Positions 9,616 to 19,613 are shown, counted from the stretch's first letter. The stretch: 64,000 bases of DNA from Bacteroidota bacterium (GCA_039795225.1 JBDKEN010000002.1:1130163-1194162), one strand, 5' to 3'. Notes: generated by a model from the letters alone, not told the origin. Numbers and translations are program-made.

Positions 9616-10308
9616 ATGGCACTCCTTGGACATTGTGCGCGCTTATGGTTGCGCACCCCACATCTTGAGAATCTTGCTGAACAGCTCGTGACCATTGGTT
9701 TCGACCAAACAGACCCGGCAGTGCATGGTCGGATGTCGGATGGGCAGATACTCCTGCATGTTGCGCATGGAGAACTTCAGCCTCCAGCTCTTCTGTATCA
9801 CGCCCCTTCGCTGCAGAGCGTAGGGGACCGTCTGACGTCTGCCGGCATTGCATTTGAAGGGAGCTTTGCAGACCATCTTGATCTGCTTGGGCCTGGACAA
9901 TTGCGTGTGCGCGTAGTTCCGGCCGCGGCGGCTGACATGGAAGAACGCTCGGGCGAAGACAATCACGATCTCGGGTTCCTCGATGCCATTGTCGTTCCCG
10001 TCAATGATGTTAATGAGGCCGCAACATGGGCACAGCGATGTGGTTTCTTCATCATTGAATCGTCGGAAGTTGGCATGCCGATGGTCGATGTGACGGATGG
10101 ATTGGTGAAGATGTCATTTCGAAAGCAGGAGCTACGAGCCCCATATCTCCATTACACAGCCGACATCGATGAAGAATGGTGTGAAGCTCTGAAGGAGCGT
10201 TGCGGTGCTTCGTGTGTGATCCATGGTGATGCTCTGGTGCGGGATTGTGTCGCGCAGATCACACTTGGAGATGCACTGACCATTATGGTTACAGCTGATG
10301 AATTTTAA
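9616..10308 (+). CDS. Hypothetical cytoplasmic protein (possible two-lobed VOC/glyoxalase-like fold)
   Basis: A 230-aa ORF that fills the gap between ychF and the HAD gene. I recognise no strong motif, so the fold suggestion is weak. Confidence 0.5.
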   Translation: MALLGHCARLWLRTPHLENLAEQLVTIGFDQTDPAVHGRMSDGQILLHVAHGELQPPALLYHAPSLQSVGDRLTSAGIAFEGSFADHLDLLGPGQLRVRVVPAAAADMEERSGEDNHDLGFLDAIVVPVNDVNEAATWAQRCGFFIIESSEVGMPMVDVTDGLVKMSFRKQELRAPYLHYTADIDEEWCEALKERCGASCVIHGDALVRDCVAQITLGDALTIMVTADEF

Positions 10309-10326
10309 CATGAAGGAGCCGATTGC

Positions 10327-10989
10327 ATGAAGCCATCTCTGGTGCTGTTCGATCTTGACGGAACCTTGGTTGACTCCCGACCAGGCATTGTCCATTCGCT
10401 GCGCATGGCTCTGCAACAGCATGGGGTAGCATTGAACGATGATCATGACTTTACCTGGTGCATCGGCGCATCTCTATGGAAGATTTTCGAGCATTATCTA
10501 GCGACTACTGATCGCCATCGACTTGAGAGTGCGGTGGCTGCCTATCGGCATATCTATCGTGATGGGCCAATGTTCGAGTACGATATTTACGATGGCGTCC
10601 TGCAAACTCTCCGTGGACTAAAAGAGCAAGGGGTGCGCGTAGCGATAGCAACAGCGAAGGTGCATGAGTATGCGCGCGAGATCATTGCCGTTTCCGAGCT
10701 TGCGCAGCATATCGACCATGTCTACGGAAGCGAACTTGATGGTCGCAATGTTGAGAAGCGGGATCTCCTTCGCATGATTCTGACTGAGGAACGGACCAAT
10801 GCCAGTGACGCGGTGATGATTGGTGATCGCCATCATGACATCGACGGTGCTCTTGCCAATGGGGTTGCGGCTATTGCTGTTACCTATGGATATGGCTCTC
10901 ACGAAGAGCTTGCCCACGCTCATGCGTGTGTTGATCATGCCTCTGAACTTGTCTCGGCAATTGCAGCCCTGGTCGTTGAGGAGCGTTAA
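10327..10989 (+). CDS. HAD-superfamily hydrolase (phosphoglycolate phosphatase-like)
   Basis: HAD motif I FDLDGTLVDS, motif III K (ATAK), motif IV GDRHHD. Confidence 0.8.
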   Translation: MKPSLVLFDLDGTLVDSRPGIVHSLRMALQQHGVALNDDHDFTWCIGASLWKIFEHYLATTDRHRLESAVAAYRHIYRDGPMFEYDIYDGVLQTLRGLKEQGVRVAIATAKVHEYAREIIAVSELAQHIDHVYGSELDGRNVEKRDLLRMILTEERTNASDAVMIGDRHHDIDGALANGVAAIAVTYGYGSHEELAHAHACVDHASELVSAIAALVVEER

Positions 10990-10992
10990 CCA

Positions 10993-11925
10993 GTGACATC
11001 GGAGCGCATCAAGGAGCTGGCACGTGAGCTCGGCTTTGATGCGGCGGCCATTGCCTCCGCCGAGCCTCTTGAGGCCGAGATCCAGCGGTACGACGAGTGG
11101 ATTGCTCGGGGCTATCACGGAACCATGGCCTATATGGAACGCAATCGCGAATCGCGATACGACGTCCGCACCATCGTCCCGGAAGCACGGAGCGTGATCG
11201 TTCTCGCGAAGAATTATTTCACACCGCACCGACATGTGCCGAGTCAGCAAGGGAAAATCGCCCGTTATGCATGGGGCGATGACTACCACGATGTTCTGCC
11301 GCCATTGCTCGATGAGCTTTGTGCTCGAATTCAGGCGATCGAGCCAGACAGTAGGAACCGTCGATACACGGACACAGGTCCAGTCTTGGAAAAGCAATGG
11401 GCGGTGCGCGCAGGACTTGGCTGGCAGGGGAAGAACGGGAATATCATCCGGCGAGATATTGGGAGCTGGTTTTTCATTGGAGTGATCATCACGACGATTG
11501 ATCTTGTGCCAGATTCCCCGATGGAGGATTATTGTGGCACCTGCACGGCGTGTCTGGATTTGTGCCCGACGTCGGCCATCGTTGAGCCCAGTGTTGTTGA
11601 TGCAACTCGGTGCATTTCGTATTGGACGATTGAAGCAAAAGCCGATGTCGAGATACCGCTTCCCATTGCACAGAATTTGGATGGGTGGCTCTTTGGATGT
11701 GATGTGTGTCAGGATGTTTGTCCTTGGAATCGATTTGAGACTCCATGCGATGAACCCCGCTTCGAGCCACGCCGAGAGCAGGTGGCAATAGACCCAGAAG
11801 AGGTGTTAACTTTGCAGCCCATCTCGTTTGCAGAGCGATTTCGGCGCAGTCCAATCAAACGTGCGAAGCTCGGTGGGTTATGGCGAACTGCTCGAGCTCT
11901 GCGAAATCCGAAACAAGAAATCTGA
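10993..11925 (+). CDS. queG: Epoxyqueuosine reductase
   Basis: Two ferredoxin-type clusters (CGTCTACLDLCP and CDVCQDVCPWNRF) and QueG-like N-terminal YAWGDDYH. GTG start. Confidence 0.88.
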   Translation: MTSERIKELARELGFDAAAIASAEPLEAEIQRYDEWIARGYHGTMAYMERNRESRYDVRTIVPEARSVIVLAKNYFTPHRHVPSQQGKIARYAWGDDYHDVLPPLLDELCARIQAIEPDSRNRRYTDTGPVLEKQWAVRAGLGWQGKNGNIIRRDIGSWFFIGVIITTIDLVPDSPMEDYCGTCTACLDLCPTSAIVEPSVVDATRCISYWTIEAKADVEIPLPIAQNLDGWLFGCDVCQDVCPWNRFETPCDEPRFEPRREQVAIDPEEVLTLQPISFAERFRRSPIKRAKLGGLWRTARALRNPKQEI

Positions 11926-11940
11926 AAACAGTAAACACTC

Positions 11941-12888
11941 ATGCACACAACTATTGCGATTATTGGATCAGGACCTGCGGGCTTCACCGCGGCACTCTAC
12001 GCGAGTCGGGCAAATCTCGGCGTGACGATTTTCGAGGGAACGCAGCCCGGAGGGCAGCTAACGATCACAACCGAGGTTGAAAACTATCCGGGCTTTGAGC
12101 ATGGGATCATGGGTCCAGAGCTCATGGAGGTTTTCCGAAAGCAAGCACATCGGTTTGGAGCAGTCTCGCGGTATGAGATGATTACCGAGGTTGATTTTTC
12201 CGTTCGCCCCTTCGTTTTAAAGAACGAGCGCGGTGAGGTTACGACGGCAGATGCCGTCATTGTGGCTACTGGTGCATCGGCAAAACTGTTGGGCGTGCCA
12301 GGTGAGTCAGAGTATATGGGCTACGGAGTGAGCGCATGTGCAACATGTGACGGATTCTTTTTCCGTGGACAGCGCGTGTTCGTCGTCGGTGGTGGAGACA
12401 CGGCGATGGAGGAAGCGAACTATCTCACCCGATTTGCAGAATCAGTAACCATCGTGCATCGACGTGAGGATTTTCGAGCATCGAAGATCATGGTCGATCG
12501 TGCCCGCAACAATCCAAAGATTTCCTTCCTGCTCAATAGCGTCGTTGATGAGTATGTTGGTGTAACCAACGAAGCGGGTATGAAAAAGATGACACATCTT
12601 CGCGTGCGTAACCTCGCTACTGGTCAAACCCAGGACATCGAAGCAGATGGTGCGTTCGTTGCGATCGGACACCAGCCTAATACGTCCCTGTTCAACGGGT
12701 TGCTCGACATGGATGATGTGGGCTACATCCAGACCGTTGGTAAGTCATCAGCAACCAACATCCCTGGCATTTTCGCCTGTGGCGATGCCCAGGACAGTGT
12801 CTATCGGCAGGCAATCACTGCTGCCGGTTCGGGATGCATGGCAGCAATCGATGCAGAACGTTGGCTTGAGGCGCAACACGCCGGGTGA
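11941..12888 (+). CDS. trxB: Thioredoxin-disulfide reductase
   Basis: FAD motif IIGSGPAG, redox-active CATCDG, NADPH motif GGGDTAMEEA, C-terminal FACGDAQD. Confidence 0.95.
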   Translation: MHTTIAIIGSGPAGFTAALYASRANLGVTIFEGTQPGGQLTITTEVENYPGFEHGIMGPELMEVFRKQAHRFGAVSRYEMITEVDFSVRPFVLKNERGEVTTADAVIVATGASAKLLGVPGESEYMGYGVSACATCDGFFFRGQRVFVVGGGDTAMEEANYLTRFAESVTIVHRREDFRASKIMVDRARNNPKISFLLNSVVDEYVGVTNEAGMKKMTHLRVRNLATGQTQDIEADGAFVAIGHQPNTSLFNGLLDMDDVGYIQTVGKSSATNIPGIFACGDAQDSVYRQAITAAGSGCMAAIDAERWLEAQHAG

Positions 12889-12896
12889 CTGAGGGG

Positions 12897-14486
12897 TTAC
12901 TCGACGATTGAATAGCTTGGCTTGAATCTCTTGATCTTCGTCGCTACGCTCTTTGCTTCGGCAAGCGTGGCAAAGCCCCATAACTTAACTCGATAGCGCG
13001 TTACGCCGTCCTCGAGAACAGGCTCGAAGAACGCGTTCAGATTACGATCCTTCCAGAGCTTCATCCGCAGCATGGCCGTCTGTTCATTGTCGACTTGCTC
13101 CACGGTGATGGTGTGCGTGTTTGAACCGTTTACCAGGAGACGTGCCTCGACACGATTGTTAAGAAGGCGGCGTGTCCCATCCGTTTGGAAGTAGTATCGT
13201 GGTTTTCGACTTCCCTCGGAGCGAACAACGATCTGCTTGGCTAACACGCCATTTGCGATCAGAAATGATCGTACCTGATTGGCTCGTTCAAGAGCACGGG
13301 CGTCTGACGAAGCTCCGACATCACGACTGACGTGCCCAGTGAGCTCGATGGTCATTGCAGCATTTTGGGTCAGTACCTCGCTGATGACCAGGAGTGACTG
13401 GTAAAAATCTCGCAGGTCACGATCAGTTGTGTCGCGAAACAGCGCCACGACCGCCGGAGATGTTTCCAACGTCAGGTCCAACGGTGTGAGCGAAATCGAG
13501 TCGATTACCGGGAAGGGGCTCGGGTTGCCATCGAGCTTAAGGCGCAGCCATGGCGTTTCACAGTTGACGAAATCCTGAACATCAGCCTGAACAACGACCT
13601 CAGTTGACCACTTTTGCGCGTAGAGCACCTCTCGGACAATATCGCCGATTGCCGAAGTCTCATCCTCCTGTAGAGTATACATCCTGCCTCCGGTGGCAGA
13701 GGAAATGTAGCGTAGTGGCTGTCCTGATGCTTCGAGTCCGACGCGCACCACGAACACTGGAATCTTTGCGTCGCGTGCCATCCGAACAACGTCCATCGTT
13801 GTGCTGAATGGAGTCGCATTATCCGGGGTTGCCGTTACGAGGATGAGTGCTCGTTTGCCGGACGCAGACGCAAGCATGCGACAAGCGTTCTGCGTGGCTG
13901 CATACAGCGATGAAAGTCCGTCCGCTGGCGGCAGGTCAGCAACCTGTAGGTCTGAGTTCAGCCGCGCGAACGAACCCATTGGGAGGATCGTCGAAAAGGA
14001 CTGGTTGAACAACCCCAAGCCAAGTTGATCATCGCCGATCGCGTCAGCGAAGTTTCTCTGCAGGCTCAATACAACATCTCGCGCGAGTGTGCCTGAAAGC
14101 ATGGAGTTGTCGCAGAGCATGTAAAGATGTACCGCTGGAGGTGTTGTCGATGCATCCACGGTGTTGCCAATACGCACAGTATGGGCCGACGGGGACGACC
14201 CACGGCAAACCACTTCTGCCGACATTGGCATGCGATCGAGTGAAATCGGCAAAATGTTACCCTCCGCATCGAGCACGATGACCTCTGCGCGAAGCTCACC
14301 CTCGGCAGACTCATTGACTCCCATGACGCGGAGCCGGGCGGGTGCAATTGTCGAGTCATTCACCATTCCGCGGAAGTATGTGCTTCGTGACTCAGAGCGC
14401 GGAAGTCCAGGGCCGGTTGAGATCTCCTGTGCTAGCCCCGTCATCGCAGCGACGGCCAGGGTTAGCATGAGGAACAATGCATTCAT
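12897..14486 (-). CDS. Secreted vWA-like / OmpA-like / SPOR tri-domain protein
   Basis: Signal MNALFLMLTLAVAAMTGLAQ. Central vWA-like block (ALILVTATPDN...IPVFVVRVG...ATGGRMY). OmpA-like block (IELTGHVS...RANQVRSFLIANGV...NRVEARL). SPOR-like C-terminus (YRVKLWGFATLAEAKSVATKIK). Confidence 0.7.
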   Translation of the reverse strand: MNALFLMLTLAVAAMTGLAQEISTGPGLPRSESRSTYFRGMVNDSTIAPARLRVMGVNESAEGELRAEVIVLDAEGNILPISLDRMPMSAEVVCRGSSPSAHTVRIGNTVDASTTPPAVHLYMLCDNSMLSGTLARDVVLSLQRNFADAIGDDQLGLGLFNQSFSTILPMGSFARLNSDLQVADLPPADGLSSLYAATQNACRMLASASGKRALILVTATPDNATPFSTTMDVVRMARDAKIPVFVVRVGLEASGQPLRYISSATGGRMYTLQEDETSAIGDIVREVLYAQKWSTEVVVQADVQDFVNCETPWLRLKLDGNPSPFPVIDSISLTPLDLTLETSPAVVALFRDTTDRDLRDFYQSLLVISEVLTQNAAMTIELTGHVSRDVGASSDARALERANQVRSFLIANGVLAKQIVVRSEGSRKPRYYFQTDGTRRLLNNRVEARLLVNGSNTHTITVEQVDNEQTAMLRMKLWKDRNLNAFFEPVLEDGVTRYRVKLWGFATLAEAKSVATKIKRFKPSYSIVE

Positions 14487-14495
14487 TGAATTCCG

Positions 14496-15860
14496 TTAGG
14501 TTACGTTATGATGCTCCTGTGCAAACGAGAAGGTGATACGGCCAGTCTCATCAGCATCGACCGTAACTTCCTCACCAGCACGAACATCCGCACCAAGCAC
14601 GTGTAAAGCAAGCGGATCGGTGACATATCGCTGAATGACGCGCTTGAGGGGGCGTGCACCGAGCTGGACGTCGTAGCCTCGTTTTGAGAGCCACTCCATG
14701 CACTCTGCGGTTACGCGAAGCTGAATACCAAGAGCTTTCATTCGGGTCGCTACGTCAGCAATCTGAAGCTCTGCAATCCGCTGGACCTCGGATGGTACCA
14801 GCGGTTTAAAGAGGATGATCTCATCAATGCGATTGAGGAATTCCGGACGTAGCCGCCGCTTCAGAAGGTCGACGATTTCGCGACGCATCTGCACGGTTAT
14901 CGCATCTCGATTCTCTTCGGTTACCTCAAGCAGCCGATCCTGCATGAGCTCCGAGCCAAGGTTCGACGTCATGATGATGATGGCATTCGTGAAATCAACC
15001 TCGCGTCCCTGGCCATCGGTGAGCCTGCCGTCATCAAGCACCTGAAGAAGTACGTTAAACACATCAGGGTGGGCTTTTTCGATCTCATCGAGCAGTACGA
15101 CGGAATAGGGTCGTCGACGCACGGCCTCGGTAAGTTGACCGCCTTCTTCATATCCGACGTAGCCCGGCGGGGCTCCAATGAGACGGGCAACGGAATGTTT
15201 CTCCATGTATTCGCTCATGTCGACGCGTACAAGGGCCGATTCATCGTCAAAGAGGAACTCCGCCAGAGCTCTGGCCATCTCGGTTTTGCCGACTCCAGTT
15301 GATCCCAAGAAGATAAATGAACCTATTGGCCGCCGAGCATCTTGCAATCCCGCTCGTGACCGGCGAATTGCATTGGAGACAGCCACAACTGCTTCATGCT
15401 GCCCGATGACGCGCTCATGCAGCCGATGCTCCATGGACAGAAGTTTCGTGCGCTCTGATTCGAGCATCCTGCTGACGGGAATACCCGTCCACTTCGCGAC
15501 GACTTCGGCAATATCACTGTCGTCGATTTCTTCCTTAAGCAAGGCGGAATCCTTCTGAACGATTGCCAGGTCGGCATTCGCGGCTACCAATTCCTTCTCG
15601 AGCTCGAGGATGCGTCCGTATCGGAGTTCTGCAACCGTGCCGTAGTCACCAATGCGCTCGGCATCGGCAGCGCGCACTTTGACATCCTCAATCTCTGCCT
15701 TGATAGCGCGGATGGATTGAATGTGATGCTTTTCAAGCTCCCATCGAGCACGGAGGGCTGAATGTTCAGTTTGAAGATCTGAGAGCTCTCGGTCGATCTC
15801 TTCGAGCCTCTTTTTTGTTGCGATGCGGACGTCGTCTGCCATATCACTGTTTCCTGTCAT
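14496..15860 (-). CDS. clpB: ClpB C-terminal half only (M-domain motif 2 + NBD2 + C-terminal domain); N-domain and NBD1 absent
   Basis: Collinear with about residue 430 to the end of E. coli ClpB: ATKKRLEE..., GDYGTVAELRYGRILELEKEL, IAEVVAKWTGIPVSRMLESE, Walker A GSTGVGKT, Walker B VVLLDEIEKAHPDVFN. Only 122 nt separate it from the divergent plsY, which leaves no room for the first ~430 codons. Confidence 0.85.
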   Translation of the reverse strand: MTGNSDMADDVRIATKKRLEEIDRELSDLQTEHSALRARWELEKHHIQSIRAIKAEIEDVKVRAADAERIGDYGTVAELRYGRILELEKELVAANADLAIVQKDSALLKEEIDDSDIAEVVAKWTGIPVSRMLESERTKLLSMEHRLHERVIGQHEAVVAVSNAIRRSRAGLQDARRPIGSFIFLGSTGVGKTEMARALAEFLFDDESALVRVDMSEYMEKHSVARLIGAPPGYVGYEEGGQLTEAVRRRPYSVVLLDEIEKAHPDVFNVLLQVLDDGRLTDGQGREVDFTNAIIIMTSNLGSELMQDRLLEVTEENRDAITVQMRREIVDLLKRRLRPEFLNRIDEIILFKPLVPSEVQRIAELQIADVATRMKALGIQLRVTAECMEWLSKRGYDVQLGARPLKRVIQRYVTDPLALHVLGADVRAGEEVTVDADETGRITFSFAQEHHNVT

Positions 15861-15982
15861 TAATGACCGAGCTATAGACGATTCACGGTGAAGTCTATGA
15901 TACTACGGCGATCTCCCAACAAGGGTGTGATGTTGTCTCTAGTGCGTATTTTACGACGTTCGTTTCACAAGACTAGACTACG

Positions 15983-16675
15983 ATGGATCCGGCTCTACGA
16001 CTTGTCATTATCATCGTTCAGAGTTACCTCATAGGTGCAATTCCCTTTGCGCTCGTGATCGGTAAGTGGTTTTATGGAGTAGACGTGCGCACGCTCGGAA
16101 GCGGTAACCTCGGAAGCACGAACGTTTACCGTAACCTTGGCTGGAAAGCTGGGCTCGCCGTCCAGCTGCTCGATATTGCCAAGGGGCTTGTACCGGTTCT
16201 CCTTGTTGCGTCGTTTTTCGACACCCAGATGCCATTCGAGAATCACACGCCATTTGAAGATTCCACGGTCGTCCGACTTATCGCTGGGGTAACTGCGGTG
16301 GTTGGTCACATCTGGAGTGTGTTTGCTGGATTTCGTGGTGGCAAAGGAATCAACACCTCCATGGGCATGCTGATTGCCGTTGCTCCCGTGGAGTTAGCCA
16401 TCGCCGCTGCGGTCTTCCTCCTGTTGATCGGGTTCTTTGGATACGTCTCGCTCGGATCCATGGTGGCAGCAGTCGTGATTCCAATCACCATGTTTGTTCG
16501 TCGAAACCTTTTGCACGTTGAGATCGACGGGTACCTGACGCTAATCTGTTTTTTGATCGCCCTTTCCCTGATGGTGCTCTATGCACATCGCTCAAACCTG
16601 CAACGTCTGGTTGAAGGTACTGAGCATCGCTTTACGCGACTGATGGTTTTCCGGCGCAGACATTCGCAAGTATGA
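15983..16675 (+). CDS. plsY: Glycerol-3-phosphate acyltransferase PlsY
   Basis: Polytopic membrane protein with GSGNLGSTNVYR and FRGGKG motifs. Confidence 0.92.
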   Translation: MDPALRLVIIIVQSYLIGAIPFALVIGKWFYGVDVRTLGSGNLGSTNVYRNLGWKAGLAVQLLDIAKGLVPVLLVASFFDTQMPFENHTPFEDSTVVRLIAGVTAVVGHIWSVFAGFRGGKGINTSMGMLIAVAPVELAIAAAVFLLLIGFFGYVSLGSMVAAVVIPITMFVRRNLLHVEIDGYLTLICFLIALSLMVLYAHRSNLQRLVEGTEHRFTRLMVFRRRHSQV

Positions 16676-17649
16676 CCATCGGCATTATCGGAGCCGGCGC
16701 CTGGGGCACGGCGATTGCTCAGGTCTTCGCTCAAAACTGTCCAGATGTGCTACTCTGGGCGCGTGAGTCCGATGTCGTGGCCGACATCAATACAAATCAC
16801 CGCAACGAACGATTTTTACCTGGCTCAACTATTGCTGCAAACATTCGTGCAACGACGACGCTCTCGGAGCTGGTCGGGTGCGAAGTGCTGGTGAACGCAA
16901 CACCAACGCAGTATGTGCGGAGTACGTTGACTGATGCTGTTGTGCAAGGTGCCGTGATTGTCAACCTGGCAAAGGGAATAGAACGCGGTACGCACTTGCG
17001 GGTTTCTGAGGTGGTAGACCACGTCGCCCCTTCCAAGAAGTCGTATGTCGTGCTCTCAGGTCCTAGTCACGCTGAAGAGGTCATTCGTGGGATGCCCACA
17101 ACCGTCGTTTGCGCTGGTCGCGACCGCGCCGTGGTCTCACAGATTCAAAAAGCCCTTATGACGCCAACGTTCCGCGTTTACGCGAGCGATGACGTGGTGG
17201 GTGTCGAAGTTGGCGGCGCGTTGAAGAACGTTATCGCCATTGCCGCGGGCATCGTTGATGGGCTTGGCATGGGGGATAACACCAAGGCGGCATTAATCAC
17301 GCGGGGTCTTGCAGAGATCACGCGGCTTGGTGTTGCACTCGGGGCCGACCCTCAGACGTTTTACGGGTTGGCCGGTCTAGGTGATCTCTTCGTAACGTGC
17401 ACGTCGCGCCATTCTCGGAATAGAGCGGTTGGCGAAAGGATTGGACGTGGGGAGACACTAGATCAGATCCTCTCGACAATGTCGGCCGTTGCCGAAGGCG
17501 TTCCAACTACCCAGGCCGCTCTTGAGCTGGCCTCGGCCGTAGGCGTTGAGCTGCCAATCACGGAGCGCGTTTCAGAAATCCTCTGGAATGGCGCCAATGC
17601 TGAAGAAGCGGTACGGCTGCTTATGATGCGTCCCGCACGGGACGAATAA
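16672..17649 (+). CDS. gpsA: NAD(P)H-dependent glycerol-3-phosphate dehydrogenase
   Basis: GAGAWGTA Rossmann motif, GALKNVIAIAAG, SRNRAVGERIG. ATGA overlap with plsY. Confidence 0.93.
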   Translation: MTIGIIGAGAWGTAIAQVFAQNCPDVLLWARESDVVADINTNHRNERFLPGSTIAANIRATTTLSELVGCEVLVNATPTQYVRSTLTDAVVQGAVIVNLAKGIERGTHLRVSEVVDHVAPSKKSYVVLSGPSHAEEVIRGMPTTVVCAGRDRAVVSQIQKALMTPTFRVYASDDVVGVEVGGALKNVIAIAAGIVDGLGMGDNTKAALITRGLAEITRLGVALGADPQTFYGLAGLGDLFVTCTSRHSRNRAVGERIGRGETLDQILSTMSAVAEGVPTTQAALELASAVGVELPITERVSEILWNGANAEEAVRLLMMRPARDE

Positions 17650-17668
17650 CACTCCGCAAGTAGTCAGA

Positions 17669-17887
17669 TCAGTCAACCTGCGTTTGTTCCCCGCTAAGCG
17701 TTCGAACCGAAAGTTCAGCCGTTTCAAGATATTCCCGGCATGCCCCCGCAAGCTTCATACCCTCTTCGAAGAGGCGCAATTGCTCGTCGATAGGGGCCTC
17801 GCCACGATCGAGGAGCGTAGCGATCTCTTCAAGGCGCTTGAGCTGATCTTCGAGGGTTGCGGCAGGTGGTGTGTTACTTCGTGCCAT
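17669..17887 (-). CDS. xseB: Exodeoxyribonuclease VII small subunit
   Basis: A 72-aa helical protein (LEDQLKRLEEIATLLDRGEAPIDEQLRLFEEGMKL) directly downstream of xseA. ATG 17887 is chosen; the ORF opens at 17923. Confidence 0.85.
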   Translation of the reverse strand: MARSNTPPAATLEDQLKRLEEIATLLDRGEAPIDEQLRLFEEGMKLAGACREYLETAELSVRTLSGEQTQVD

Positions 17888-19100
17888 AATGTTCTCCGGT
17901 GTTCGTGGGAATTGTGTCAACATTGTTGACCGTTGCCGTGGCGGTTTCGAACTGGCGTCGAATCGAGACTACGTCCCCGGGCACGAGCGACGACTGTGCA
18001 TTGAGAACCTGCCCATTGCGCTCGAGGACGGCATACCCCCGTTGTAGTGGCGCGAGAGGGTGCAGACTCGACAGAAGAGCAGCCGCGTGTTCAATCCGCA
18101 TTCGGCGAACTGCGATGTTCTGGGTAAGGGCCCTTGCGATGCGTGTGGTTGTATCATCAATCCGCTGCTCTTTCGCATGCAGTCGCTCGGTGAGACGCCG
18201 CGCGGCGCGACCATCAACGAACGCAGTGGCTGTCTGGAGCAACCCAGTGATCGTTAGCGTGATATCGGATCGCATTCGCTCGGTTAACGCCGCGATTCCT
18301 TGCATGAGGTCGCTTGCCGTCACAGGAGTGACAAGCTCTGCGGCAGCCGTTGGAGTTGCTGCACGAACGTCGGCGACGAAGTCTGCGATGGTCACATCAG
18401 TTTCGTGACCGACTGCAGAGATGACGGGGGTCTGGCTCGAAAGGATGGCATCAGCAACGATTTCGGTGTTAAAGCACCAGAGGTCCTCCATTGAGCCACC
18501 CCCGCGGCCAACAATAATGACGTCGACGTCGCATGCGTTGAGATCAGCGATTGCCTGTGCGATGTCTCGTGACGCAGTATCGCCACCCTGCACGACGGTT
18601 GGACGTAGGATGACCTCAAGGGCAGGGAATCGACGCTCGATTGTTGTCACCATGTCGCGGATCACTGCACCCGTCGGTGAGGTCGCAATTCCAACTCGGC
18701 GGATAGGACGCGGTAGGGGGCGCTTACGAGCAGCGTCAAAGTACCCACGTGCTCTGAGCTTCTCCTTGAGGAGCTCGAAGGCCTTGTGTAAGTCACCAAC
18801 GCCTTCGGGTTGCATCCATGCGCAATCGATCTGATACTTTCCCTGCGGTGCAAAGACGCTCAGCCTGCCATGAACAACAATGCGCATACCGTCCTGCGGA
18901 ACAAAGGCAATCGATCGTGACCGCCACAGTACCCCAGCAATCTGCGCATCGGCATCTTTGAGGGTGAAATAGCGATGACCTGAGCTATGGTGTTTGTAGT
19001 TTGACAATTCACCAACAACGACCACCTCACCGATACCAACCTCAAGAAGCCCCTTGATTGCGTGCGTTAGCTCCCCAACGCTGAGTGGTTGTTCATTCAT
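17874..19100 (-). CDS. xseA: Exodeoxyribonuclease VII large subunit
   Basis: N-terminal OB fold (VVGELSNYKHHSSGHRYFTLKD) and a catalytic region (GRGGGSMEDLWCFN, SAVGHETD). ATG 19100 (MNEQPLSV) is chosen; the ORF opens at 19169. Confidence 0.9.
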   Translation of the reverse strand: MNEQPLSVGELTHAIKGLLEVGIGEVVVVGELSNYKHHSSGHRYFTLKDADAQIAGVLWRSRSIAFVPQDGMRIVVHGRLSVFAPQGKYQIDCAWMQPEGVGDLHKAFELLKEKLRARGYFDAARKRPLPRPIRRVGIATSPTGAVIRDMVTTIERRFPALEVILRPTVVQGGDTASRDIAQAIADLNACDVDVIIVGRGGGSMEDLWCFNTEIVADAILSSQTPVISAVGHETDVTIADFVADVRAATPTAAAELVTPVTASDLMQGIAALTERMRSDITLTITGLLQTATAFVDGRAARRLTERLHAKEQRIDDTTTRIARALTQNIAVRRMRIEHAAALLSSLHPLAPLQRGYAVLERNGQVLNAQSSLVPGDVVSIRRQFETATATVNNVDTIPTNTGEHYGTK

Positions 19101-19142
19101 AGTCAACAAAGATCGACATTCACCGCAAACGTAAATTGCACC

Positions 19143-19613
19143 ATGGTAGGATTTGGATTTGACGTTCATCGTCTCGAAGCTGGACGCACCCTGACACTCG
19201 GTGGGGTCGTCATTCCTTCACCCCTTGGTACCGTGGCCCACAGCGATGGAGATGTGGTATTTCACGCCCTCGTCGATGCGCTGCTCGGTACGCTAGCACT
19301 TGGCGATATTGGAGAACACTTTCCAGATAGTGATCCCCAATGGAAGGGGGCGGCAAGTTCGCAGTTCGTTGCCCATGCAGTGCACCTCGTTCAATCGCAT
19401 GACTGTCGAATTATCAATGTGGACTGCACGCTTGTTCTTGAGGCACCAAAGATCCTTCCATATAAGCAAGCGATGCGTGAGAATATTGCCCGGCTTTGTG
19501 GACTGCCACTCGAGCGCGTGGCCGTCAAGGCAACGACGAGTGAGAAGATGGGCTACGTCGGACGCGGCGAAGGAGTGCACGCCTATGTTGTTTGTGAAGT
19601 TCAGCCCAAATGA
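19143..19613 (+). CDS. ispF: 2-C-methyl-D-erythritol 2,4-cyclodiphosphate synthase
   Basis: GFGFDVHRL, HSDGDV, LGDIGEHFPD motifs. ATG 19143 is chosen; the ORF opens at 19089. Confidence 0.93.
   Translation: MVGFGFDVHRLEAGRTLTLGGVVIPSPLGTVAHSDGDVVFHALVDALLGTLALGDIGEHFPDSDPQWKGAASSQFVAHAVHLVQSHDCRIINVDCTLVLEAPKILPYKQAMRENIARLCGLPLERVAVKATTSEKMGYVGRGEGVHAYVVCEVQPK

Noticed and set aside
10618-11397. 259-aa minus-strand ORF spanning the HAD/queG junction.
   Set aside because: It crosses two well-supported plus-strand genes and has no motifs.
17899-18408. 169-aa plus-strand ORF.
   Set aside because: It is antisense to xseA and is an Arg/Ser/Ala-rich shadow frame.
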